Program-made: the position numbers and the translations under genes
Source: Felis catus
Taxonomy: Eukaryota
Assembly: GCF_018350175.1 (NCBI RefSeq)
Contig: NC_058368.1
Coordinates: 87,794,001-87,858,000 of the forward strand
DNA: 64,000 nucleotides
Direction of reading: 5' to 3'
Notes under the pieces: model-generated
The model's input: the letters and a program-made list of their open reading frames with translations, nothing else
What the model was told of the DNA's origin: nothing
Database searches by the model: none
In this document: positions 34,851 to 45,959 of the stretch, one piece after another
Layout: each line of letters opens with the position of its first letter
Numbering within the stretch: the stretch's first letter is position 1

Positions 34851-37800
34851 TCTGGTTGTCGGGGTTACCCTGGCCCGGGTTCTAAGGAGCATGGGATGTG
34901 AGTGCAGCAAGCCCACACCAGCATCCTCCTGGCTGGGGGTGCACCCTGGCCGGGTTGTAGGGGTGCGCGTGCAACGGAGACTGGTACCCTCTTGGGGGGG
35001 GGGGGTGTGTGCAGCCAGTCCCAGACCGGTACCATCCTGGCTGGGGTTTAGGGGAAACAGGGTCTGAGTGCAGCAAGCCTACACCAGCACCCTTCTGGCC
35101 AGCGAGTAGGGGACACAGGGTACCTGTACAGCCGGTCTAGGCTGGCACCTTCCTGGCCAGGGTCTAAGGACGAGGCACAGGGTGTGTGTGCAGTCTGTCC
35201 CAGACCTACTGGCTAGGACACCATTCACCAGTGGGGCACCGGCCTGAAAATCAGGAATGGAGCCCAGAGAAGGAGAAAGCAGGAAGAGAACCTTAGGTTT
35301 CTTCGTAGACAGAAGTGGGCTCAGCCCTCAGAGGGCCATGGGCGAGGCAGGGCTGTGGGGTGGAGATGAGATTTGAGGAATCACTGGGTTGGGATGGGTG
35401 GGGACACAGCCGTTGCCCTGGGAGGCAGGTGCCAGGGTCCCCGCAGCCCGTCAAGCTTTCCGAGTGGGATGCTTGGAGCCACTTGTGCCACCTGACATGG
35501 CAAGATCCACCCGCTTTGTTCTGGAAACACATTTCTTCAAAATCCAGGCCAGCCCTCACCCGACTGCTGAGAACTCAGGGCAGATACCCATGTGCGGTCC
35601 TCACTGGGCCTCAGGAGTGTTTGCTCCTGGAGCCCCAGGTATTGACTACACGGCTGACACCTTGCCAACGTTTGGATTGGTGTGCGTTGTGCTTCATGGC
35701 CCAGAGCGTCTGCTGGCTTGCTCCAAGGACATGGCGTAGCCACGTGAACCAGTACTTGGCCAGTTTGTCACTGTTCTAGAACCAACAGGACAAACTTGGA
35801 TCCTGATCTGCATCTGTGGGCTCATCCTGACGGAGACCCCTGAAGTCTTGCCTTCCACTTTGAGGCACAACACGCGGATGCCCCACCCCTTTTGTCGGTC
35901 CAGCAAATGTGCTCTGCCACTGAGCAGAAAGTGACCATGCCGCTCTCCAGAGGCCCCTCTCGGTTGGCCTGATAATGCCTCTTGGGGCAGCACTTAAACC
36001 CCTTCCTATCGTAGGGGAGGGCAAAGCTTTATGTCCAACTTGTTAGGTTCAGTGACTGAGGCTTGCAAATTAAGCTAACAAAGGCAGAGTAACAAGTGAA
36101 AAAAAAACATAATTTTATTAGTCTTTAAAGAAAAATTTTTTTTAGGGGCGCCTGGGTGGCTCAGTCGGTTAAGCATCCAACTTCAGCTCAGGTCATGATC
36201 TCACAGTTGGTGAGTTCAAGCCCCATGTCGGGCTCTGTGCTGACTGCTCAGAGCCTGGAGCCTGCTTCGGATTCTGTGTCTCCCTCTCTCTCTGACTCTC
36301 CCCTGCTCATGCTCTGTCTTTCTCTGTCTCAAAAATAAATTAAACATTAAAAAAAAATTTTTTTAATTTTTTTAATGTTTTATTTATTTTTGAGAAAGAG
36401 ACAGGGTGAGCAGAGGAGGGGCAGAGAGAGAGGGAGACACAGATTCCAAAGTAGGCTCCAGGCTCTGAGCTGTCAGCATGGAGCCCAATGCAGGGCTCAA
36501 ACTCGTGAACCTTGAGATCATGACCTGAGCTGAAGTATGACGCTTAACCGACTGAGCCACCCAGGGGCCCCATAATTTTATCAGTCTTTTAAATGTTCTA
36601 TGGCACAAGAGTTTCACAGAGGCAAAATGAAAAACCCTTTTAGATATGGGATTATGTTCTATTTTAACAAAGGGTGATGATAAACTGGGGAGAAGTGGCT
36701 AGGCAAAAGAAAGGGAATTAGGGCTTGTAGGGTCAGTAAGTTGTGGGAAAGGAACTAGGGAATATATGGGGGAACAAGTGATAGGTCAGGGTTATCTGAG
36801 TCGTAAAGTCCCTTCAGGCACAGTCCTGTCTGACAGACATTGTGATGAGTGCCGTCCCCTTCTGGGTACAGACAGGGAGGGCACCCTTGTGGGAAATTTC
36901 TGCTCTCCCTTGAGGCAGAAAGGAGGAGGGCAGAGGGCTTTTCTTACATCTCCAGAGAGTCCTTGTGCCAAAGTGGCTCCCTCTGGGCTGGCACTTTCTG
37001 ACCTCCTTCCCTGTACTAGCAGGTAGCTACCCTTCATGCTAGGGGTGCGCAGCACACCATCTTTACCTGCCCCCAAAGGGCTGTGCCTGGCATTTGCACA
37101 CCCTGGGGTGCTGGGTCCCCCAAAGCGCCACCTCCCCGGGCCTCAGTCCATCTAAAAGTTGGAGGGAGAGCGCAGTCAGGTGGAGAGGTGTGGGGCCTGC
37201 AGGGAGCCCAGAGCAGGCCTGGAGAAGGAAAGGGGACTGAGTCAGGGGAGGGCAAGGGGCCTCGGTGCTGGGGGGGAGGGGACTCGTAGGTTAATTTGAG
37301 GCTGTCCCATGTGTCATGCCTGGCCGGGTTGACTGGAACGGGGATGGGGCCCACCCAGCCAGGGTCACACTGGCCTTACCTTCCCGTAGGGTAAGCTGGA
37401 GAAGTCCCTAGAGCATCTGCGGAAGCAAATGGAGGACGCGCTGCTGTTCCAGGCCCAGGCCGAGGAGACCTGTGCCTTGTGGCAGGCAGGTGCCCCGAGG
37501 TGCCCAAGGTCGGGGGGTGGGGGTGGCAGGCAAGCGGGCGCCTGCCTCATGCTGTGTATGAGGAAGGCTCCCTGCGTGTAACCCGCCCAGGAGGGTGAGG
37601 CTGGGGACTGGACAGGACGTGGGGGCCCCAGGTGGGGGATGGATGAGGTCCCTGGGCCCTCAGCTGCCCTGTTCACCCTGCAGAAGATGGTGGAGAGCCA
37701 GCGGCAGAACGTGCTGGCGGAGTTTGAGAGGCTGCGCCGGCTGCTGGCAGAGGAGGAGCAGCGGCTGCTGCAGAGGCTGGAGGAGGAGGAGCTGGAGGTC

Positions 37801-40800
37801 CTGCCCCCGCTGCGGGAGAGCGCTGCCCGCCTGGGTCAGCAGAGCGCGCAGCTGGCCGAGCTCATCGCGGAGCTGGAGGGGCGCTGCCAGCTGCCTGCGC
37901 TGGGGCTGCTGCAGGTGAGGCACGCTGCGCCCTAGGTGTGCGCGTGCTGGCTCTGAGAAGGGATGGGCAGCGCTGTGCCCTGGGGGTGCCTGCGTGGGGG
38001 CTCTGGGCAGGGATGGGCTCATGGGGCAGTCTGCGCACTCAGCTCACCCAGGTGTCACCCACCTGTGAGAGGTGAGGGCAGGGTGGGGGGGTGGGGGGGT
38101 AGCTGGGACCGGCGATCCACATGTGGCTGCGGGTCCTGCAGAGTGGGTGCAGATCTGAAACTTCTCCCGGAACTGCTCCAGTGCCTGTCCTGTAGCCCTA
38201 TTGGACCGTGTGACAGGTGGCATCTGGGGTCTGTGGGTCACCAGGCTAGCTCCAGAGGTTCTGGTCCCCTGGACTGCGAAGGGCCGGCAGGAGTCCTGTA
38301 GGATTCCTGCGCCAGCCCTGTGGGGCCCTGAGACTCTGCCTGGCTCTTGGCAGAGGGTGGGAGTGAGGACACTGTGTGTAGCCCTGGGCGTCTCCCACGG
38401 GTGGTGACCCTCCTGCGTCTCACTGACCAGGCAGAGGCTCCTGGCTGCCCTCCTGGGGTCTGAACTTGGTCCTTCCGCCCTGCTGAGACACCAGGCAGGA
38501 TCAAGCCTGGGAAAGAGGAAGAACCCAAGACCAAGTATCTCGCGGGGTTTCAGGCAGAAGTAGGCTGTGGTCAGTGAGGCAGAGTCTGAGCCACCAACCA
38601 AGGAGGTCAGGGGAAGTGAACCAGGGTGGAGAAGGCAGGGACACCCCAAGTTCTGGAAAGAGGAGGGGTCAGCCCCAGACGTGAGATGATAACCCCAGGT
38701 CTGTATGAAACGTGATTTGGGACAATGTGAGATGTCCCAGTGGGTTCACTGGAGGCTCCAGTGGCGCGGGCACTGGGTTCACTGGAGGCTGTGGGTGGGT
38801 GGGTGGTCTTGACTGGCCTGCTGCACTCCTGAAAGTGGCCACCTGCCCCCCAGTGCCCCCTGCGTGTTTCCCCCACCTGCCCTCCACTGCCTCCCCCAAC
38901 CTGCTCACATCTCCTGGCCTGGATCTTTAGCTGGCTGGCTAGCTAGAGGGAGGACCCCTGTCCCTTCTCCTATCACCCCCCAGCCCCAGAGCCCCCCTTG
39001 CCTGTGCTAGGGGTGGGGTGGGGTCTGCCGTGTGGAGGGGCAGGAGAGCAGACCCCAGCAGTACCCTGTGTACTGGTGTGAGGGAGCGAGGTCAGGTGCA
39101 CCTGCACCCTCGGACCTCAGTGTTAGGCGGAGGACTGCTGCATGGGTTCTGGCACCTGGGTGGGTGGGGATGTGCACCCTCATGGACAGAGGAAGTGAGG
39201 GTTTGGGTGACTTCCAGGAACCCACACCTATGAGTCCCAGCTGTGTGACAGAGTCTGGGGGTCCCAGCTTCCCCCGCCAGGCTCACCCTGTAGCCATCCT
39301 CGGTCTGCTCAGAGCCTTTTCCTAAAGGGATATATGTGTCTCCAAGGGGCCATGTGGTCTGCATGGAGGCCAGCCCCTTTCCTGGAGCTCAGGGCCCTCC
39401 ACATGACCCTCAGGGTAGCTAGGGCCTTGCTCTCGCCTCAGGCCTTGTGACAACCAGAACTGCCCCCGTCATTCCCCAGTGCCCCCTGGGTGGGCTGCCC
39501 ACCTAGCAAAACTACCAAGGACAGGCTGTTTCTGCTTTGCATGCTACCCACACCAGGTTCCTTGTCTCCTCCCTGTATCTTCACATGGTTGTCCCTTGTC
39601 TGTGCCCCAGTCCCCCCTTCTGATAAAGACCCCAGTCATGTGGAATCAGGGTCCACCCTAGTGACCTCCTTTTACTCAAACCACCTCTGTAAAGTCCCCA
39701 TCTCCAAATCCAGCCCCGTTCTGAGGCCCTGGGGGTTAGGCCTCCAACATTCGGATTCGAGGGACACAGTCAATCCCTCATGCTGAGTACAATGCTTGTG
39801 TGTGTCATTATGGGAGAGAGGAATGTCCAAGTGGAGAGGCCTCACCTGGAAGGTGGGTGTGAGTCTGGGACCTGTGGGAGGGCAGGCAGCAGACAGCCAG
39901 GTACCCTTGAGCCCTGGAGGCCAGGACCCCGCCCACGTGTCCCGCCACCCAGGGGTGCTGGGGATTCTGGGTGGGCAAGGAAGTAGCCAGTGCCCTGCAT
40001 CCTCTAAGCACATGGGGGGTGTGAGGCCAGGTCTGCACGGTGGCTGAGCCCAGGGTCCCCATGTCCAAGCTGCACTTGGGACAGCCCACCGCTGGTTCCT
40101 GATCACTGGTGTATGAGTGTGTGAGTGAGCGTGAGACGGGGGGCAGAGCTGGGTCTTGGGGGACACTGGTGGCCAGGGCGTGGGGGGGCCCAGGGTCAGG
40201 GGACAGGCGCTGACTGGCGTGTGTCTCTCCCACAGGACATCAGGGACACCTTGCGCAGGTAGGAGCCCCGGCCTTTCCCCGGGGAAGGTGGGCAGGGTGC
40301 AGGGCAGGGCTGCCATGGGGGGTGACGCATGCTCTGCCCCCTCCAGGGTCCAGGACGTGAAGCTGCAGCCGCCTGAGGTGGTGCCCATGGAGATGAGGAC
40401 GGTGTGCAGGGTCCCGGGGCTGGTGGAGGCCCTGCGGAAGTTCCGAGGTGGGTACCCTTGTGGCCCAGAGGACGCACTGGTCCTGAGCTCCTGCAGGCAT
40501 GCAGGGTGGGTCTGTTCCTGTGGCGGACCAGTTCACAGAGACCTGGAAGGTTCAGGCACCAGACAGCAGCTAAGGGAGGGCCGGTCTGGCTGCTGGCCTG
40601 GGCGTGTAGGAAGAGCAGAGGTCAGACCACCCCCGGGGTGGACAGGTCCACCCGCACGGACCCCAGCTGTGGGGAGTCCAGGATGCGAGTAGGCTGGACA
40701 CTCCTCCCTTGCCCCAGGAACTGGAGGCGTGGCTGCAGGAAACCCTTGGGGTTTCACAGGTCCTCTGAAGGAGGGTGCATCGCGAGGGAGCCTGGACCTC

Positions 40801-41515
40801 CTTCTGGAACATTCCAAATTGCAATGGCAGGTGGTTAGGTGATAGCTTTCAGGGAGAGAGGCAACATGGGGCGTGGCCAGTGCACAGCCAGCCCCCACAG
40901 AGGTCCAGAGGGGTGCACAGGCAGGGCTGCCCACTTGCTCCCCCAGTGACCTCCACTCCATCTGCAGGGGATGTGACCCTGGATCCTGACACCGCCAACC
41001 CCGAGCTGGTCCTGTCAGAGGACAGGAGGAGCGTGCGGCGGGGGGACCTACGGCAGGCGCTGCCCGACAGTCCTGAGCGCTTCGACCCTGGGCCCTGCGT
41101 GCTGGGCCGGGAGGCCCTCACATCGGGTCGTCATTACTGGGAGGTGGAGGTGGGGGAGCGGGCCAGCTGGGCGCTGGGCGTCTGCAGGGAGACAGCCAAC
41201 CGCAAGGAGAAGGGCGAGCTGTTTGCCGGCAATGGCTTCTGGATCCTGGTGTTCCTGGGCAGCTACTACAACTCATCTGAGCGTGCCTTCGCCCCACTGC
41301 GCAACCCGCCGCGGCGCGTGGGCATCTTTCTGGACTACGAGGCCGGGCACCTGTCCTTCTACAGCGCCACTGATGGCTCCCTCTTGTATGCCTTCCCTGA
41401 GACCCCCTTCTCGGGGACCCTGCGGGCCCTTTTCTCACCTCTGTCCAGCAGCCCCACGCCCATGACCATCTGCAGGCTGAAAGGTGGGCCCGGGGATGCG
41501 CTGGCTCCCCAGTGA
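34317..41515 (+). CDS. TRIM11: E3 ubiquitin ligase TRIM11 (RING-Bbox2-coiled coil-PRY/SPRY), 468 aa, complete
   Basis: Coding exons 34317-34724, 37390-37485, 37684-37914, 40236-40258, 40347-40447, 40968-41515 (408+96+231+23+101+548 = 1407 nt, in frame). Starts [23 protein letters not shown] in a strong Kozak context (gccATGG); ends ...[10 protein letters not shown]. Confidence 0.96.
36145..36571. mobile_element. Adjacent tail-to-tail inverted CAN-SINE pair in TRIM11 intron 1
   Basis: Plus copy 36145-~36357 abuts minus copy ~36358-36571. Confidence 0.92.
37390..37485 (+). CDS. TRIM11: TRIM11 coding exon 2 (96 nt, GC donor)
   Basis: cgtag|GGTAAG...TGGCAG|gcaggt; [32 protein letters not shown]. 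Confidence 0.9.
37684..37914 (+). CDS. TRIM11: TRIM11 coding exon 3 (231 nt)
   Basis: tgcag|AAGATG...CTGCAG|gtgagg; [19 protein letters not shown]...LGLLQ. Confidence 0.93.
40236..40258 (+). CDS. TRIM11: TRIM11 coding exon 4 (23 nt)
   Basis: cacag|GACATCAGGGACACCTTGCGCAG|gtagga. Confidence 0.9.
40347..40447 (+). CDS. TRIM11: TRIM11 coding exon 5 (101 nt)
   Basis: tccag|GGTCCAG...TTCCGAG|gtgggt; [33 protein letters not shown]. Confidence 0.92.
40968..41515 (+). CDS. TRIM11: TRIM11 coding exon 6 (PRY/SPRY)
   Basis: tgcag|[49 protein letters not shown] 41513-41515. Confidence 0.95.
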
Positions 41516-42360
41516 CGGGGGAGCCTCGTGGCTCCTCACCCTGGCTCCGGGATTGGGGACTTCTGGCTACACAGGACCCTGGGTGGGTAGTGCTGTCCTC
41601 TGAGCCAGGGAGATGCACACGGTGCCGTGCACAGATGTGTGCACAGCGGAACTGAAGTGCTCTCGCTCCTGCAAGCGTGTGCTGGCATGTGCAGGGCCAG
41701 CTGCGTTCTTTCCTGGGGGCCACAGGGCGCTGAGACATCCCCAGTCTCTGGTTTCGGAGCCCTACAGAGGTCTAGGGAGAGGCACCACGGCCTGTGGGAC
41801 ATCCTCCGGCTGAAGCCTGAGCCCCCGACGGCCCCGGAGCTGCCGGCAGGAGGCCACTCCAAGCCTGCCACCCTGTGTCCAGGTCCCATCCACTACAAGG
41901 CAGGGCAGAATGGGCTTTGGAACAGCCAGGTACTGGGTGGTATGCGGAGGTGGCCAGAGGAAGCTGGGAGCGCAGGTCAGGGGGCCGAGTGACCATGCCC
42001 CTCCCCCAAATGCAGACCACTTGGGTCTTCCGGAAAATGCCCTTCCCTGGCTCCCGGTCAGGTGCAGCAGAGGTTAGGGCCCCCGAGGTGAGCAGGCACA
42101 GGAGCCCACAGTCTCCCCTGGGCTGAGAACCACCAGCTAGACAGTCACCCTCTCGCTGATCCCAGAACTCTGTGTACCCGGTCCATAGGCATCCCTGCCC
42201 TGCCTGGGGAAGGCTAGGCTCAGAGAGCCCCCTCCCTTTCCTGCTAACAGTCTGGGATTTGTCTTTGCTTTGTTCAGACTCTTGGTCACCCTGCTTAAAG
42301 GTGTGCTGCAAATTCTTTGTACCCTAGATTTTATTTATTGTAAGGACCGATGTCACAGCA

Positions 42361-42366
42361 AATAAA
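42361..42366 (+). terminator. Probable TRIM11 polyadenylation signal (AATAAA)
   Basis: First AATAAA after the stop codon (~850 nt 3' UTR), followed by GT-rich sequence. Confidence 0.7.
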
Positions 42367-44809
42367 TTAACTGTTGTCTGTAATCTGCTGTCTGCAGTTG
42401 TGGAGGTGAGGAAATGCACCAGTGAGGGGGATGGCCCCGGGAGGGTGACACATAGGTGGGACCCCCAAGGGCGAAGTCAGGGGCACAAGTCACCCCCATG
42501 GGCACAGCAGACTCCCAGCCGCGTTCTCCTGTGTTCATCTCATGCACCTGCCTCAGGAACATTTTTCTTGTTTTGTTTTTCCAGATACCCAGAAAGTGCA
42601 CAGTAGCTAAGTGCTCCATTTATTTGGTTATGCATTCTCCCATTTTTTGACTTTTTGCTATTGTTACTTTTCTTTTTATGTTTATTTTGAGAGCCAGTGT
42701 GCGTGCACAAGTGGGGGAAGGGCAGAGCGAGAGAATCCCAAGGAGGCCCATGCTGTGAGCACAGAGCCTTATATGGGCTCGATCCCACAAACCACGAGAT
42801 CATGACCTGAGCCACCATCAAGAGTCGTGTGCTTAGCGGCCTAAGCTCCCCCCCCCCCCCACCAGGTGCTCCTTGGCTATTGTTATAAATTTATACCACT
42901 TTGAACATCCTGGACAGCTCCCTCACGTTACATACCAATGGGCGAGTATTTTCTCAGTATAGCGGGGGTCTGGCAGTGTTTCCTACCTCTTCCCAAGTGA
43001 CTTCCTGTTGCGTCACTCCTGCTTGAGGATCAGGGAATACTGGGTGCTCCCACCTGCAGCAAGATTGGCCCTGTGGTTTGGGACTTGGAACAGTGGCCAT
43101 CAGGAATGCAGCCGGCAGCAGGACAGCCTCATGGGCGGGAGAGTGGACAAGCACAAAGCCACACCCAGGACACCAGGACAGATGCTCTGCCATGGCTTTA
43201 GGAGGGCACTGGGTGCTGGTGTAAGGGTGGAGACCTCATTTTTCCTCTGCCCCTCTGATGGCTTCACTGTGTTTTCGACACAGAGACTGATAGGAGATAC
43301 TTATGGAAAATGAGTAACTCAGACCAGCAGCTTAGAAAGGTAGTTTAGGGGTGGCTGGTGGCTCAGTCGATTAAGCGTCCCACTTCACCTCAGGTCATGA
43401 TCTCTCAATCCATGAGTCCGAGCCCCGCATCGGGTTCTGTGCTGACAGCTCAGAGCCTGGACCCTGCTTCAGATTCTGTGTCTCCCTCTCTCTCTGTCCC
43501 TCCCCTGCTCACACTCTTGAGTCTCTCTACCTCTAAAAAATAATAAACATTTAAAAAAAAAACAGTTTGAAAGTATGACTTCGTGCAGACGTCACAGGAC
43601 ACAGGAAGTGGCATCAAGCTTCAAGGTGCCACGGGAAGGTAAACTGAAAAGGCTAGTTAGTGGGATCATGTGGATCGCCCTCCCGCCTTGCCACATTCAG
43701 GCTGACTGTCTAGAGCTCTCTCCTGTGACCGGTAGTCCTTCCTGGCATGGAGGACAGATGGACACCTACATTTGAGTCCCGCTTTTAGGGACATAAAGGA
43801 AGGGTACAGAGCTCTTCTCATCTGCCTCCATCTCAAAATAATCCTAATGCCAAAGTGGGATATTTTCAGGTGGCGTATTCTGGTACCCTTCACCAGGCGA
43901 AAAGAGAGCAAGCTTCAGTGATGCCCATTCACAAGCACACACCCTAAATTCACACACTCACCTTTCCACCTGGTCTCCCTGCTTGACTCCAGCAGCCTGA
44001 GGGCGCCATCCACTGTTCTAGATGGTGGACAGACCACAGCAACATGCCAGCTCCTGCCTGTGGGGCTGATGCCCTTGTGCGGGGGGGGGGGGGGGGGGGG
44101 GGGGTGATGACCAGTGCATGATGTCCTACACTGGCAGCAGCAGCGGGTGTGAGCCCCTCCTCTGGTTTTCTCAGCCCCCTCATCCCCTCAGAGTGATGAG
44201 TGCTCTGGAGGCAGATAACTCAAGGCTGGGAGCAGAGAACCAGGATGCGCACCCGTGTGCTCAGCCAATCCAGAGGCTTCCACAATAACCCAGCACAGAG
44301 CCTACCACTTCCTAAAGTTCCCAGACGTCTTGCTCCCTGGTGGCTCAGCCGTCCAATGAGGAGACAGCAGAGAAAGCAGGTAGAGAAGAGAAACAGGCAT
44401 TGTGGGTTGTAATTCGTGGAATGAAGAAAATATTCAGGAAGGGAGCGCCTGGTCTAATCTCAGGGCATGGCTCCGTGGAGGTAAAAAGAACATTAAGAAC
44501 TAAAACCATCCCTGCTGGTGCTGGCTGCTGGTCATTCCCTGCAAGCCCTTCCCCTCCTGCACCTCTCCTGGTCAGGAAAACCTCCACAAGACTGTCTTAA
44601 CAGACAAGCGTCTTGTTCCCTGCACCTGCGGGGCACATTCCTGCATCTAGTGCAGCGGCCAGTAGTGAGGTCAGCACCATCCTCCCTCACACCCGCACAA
44701 TCTCCTGGAGCGCTGCCTGCATTCCAAAAGCTTTGCTGAGGACTCATTGTACCCCAACTTCACCTGCTGCAAACGTACAACTGGGTGATTTCCGTAAACT
44801 TGGGCAGAG

Positions 44810-45300
44810 TTGCGCAACCATCCGTGCGCACCGCGTCCCACCTCCCCGGCGCGCTGGAATCCCTCCCGGGGTGGAGCCCCCCACCCCCAGCGTCCCTGGG
44901 CTGGGCCGCATCTGCTTGCTGTGTCTACGCGCCCTGGAGTCCACACGACCCGCGGTGCGTTCAGGGGCTGCCGCGAGTCTCCGCACGTGCTGCGCGCGGG
45001 CGCGGAGACCCTGAGGGACCCGTGGAGGACAGCTCGGTCCCACCTGCGCTGCGCTCGATAGCCCCGCCCAGCACCCCCACAGACTGGGCACGTCCCCGGA
45101 ACCTGGCAGGCTCTACGATTTCCTCCCCTCGCCCAGATCCCTGTGTCCTAACCCCGCCCCCGCGGTCCTCTGAGATCCCCGTGTGCTCTGTCTCGCAGCC
45201 CGCGCATCCCCCGCCCTCCATGCCTCCCACGTACCCCACAGCCTCCCTGCTCCCCGCGCCCCAGTCCCCCACGTCCCCTGAGTGAGCGCGCCCGCCTGGC
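44810..45300. promoter_or_regulatory. Orphan CpG island downstream of TRIM11
   Basis: Abrupt CpG-dense stretch with GC boxes (ccccgccc); no recognisable CDS. Confidence 0.6.
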
Positions 45301-45740
45301 CCCTCTGCTTGGACCCCTGCACTGACCCCTCCCCTCCTGATTACCCCAGGCCCGAGGTCTAATTTTCACGCCAAAGAATGCAGCTGTCCCAAGCGCACAC
45401 TGGAGGGATTTTTACTAAATCCGCCCATCTTGCCTTCCTGGGTAAATCCCACTGGCTCCTGTTCCTCTTCTTGGACTCCGTGAGCTCGAACTGTGCCAGG
45501 GGGCTTGCATTCATACCTGGGGACCGGGGTCTCCGTTCCCCCGCCACTGTTTTCTGAGAACTAGCTGGCACAGGACTGTGCTGTGACCTCATCCGATTCC
45601 GGGGATTCTGGGGAGTCTCTGTTCTTTCGCTACCATCTCAGTTTCTTTGCTGTGGCAAGTCTGTTCAGATTTTACATTTCTTTCTTTTTCTTTCTTTTTT
45701 TTTTTTCTTTCTTCCTTTTTCTTTTCAATGTTTATTTTTG

Positions 45741-45774
<34 letters not shown>

Positions 45775-45959
45775 GCGTGAGCAAGGGAGAGGCAGAGAGA
45801 GAGGGAGACAGAACCCGAAGCGGGCTCCACGCTCTAAGCCATCAGCACAGAGTCCGACGTGGGGCTTGAACCCACAAACCCTGAGGTCATGACATGAGCC
45901 GAAGTAGGACACTTAACCCACTGAGCCACCCAGGCGTCCCTGCTCCTCTCTATCTGCTT

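Noticed and set aside
44080..44104. Long G homopolymers (also ~1680, 16052-16100, 33645-33662) as functional G-quadruplexes
   Set aside because: They are G4-capable, but homopolymer lengths are error-prone and nothing in the context supports function.
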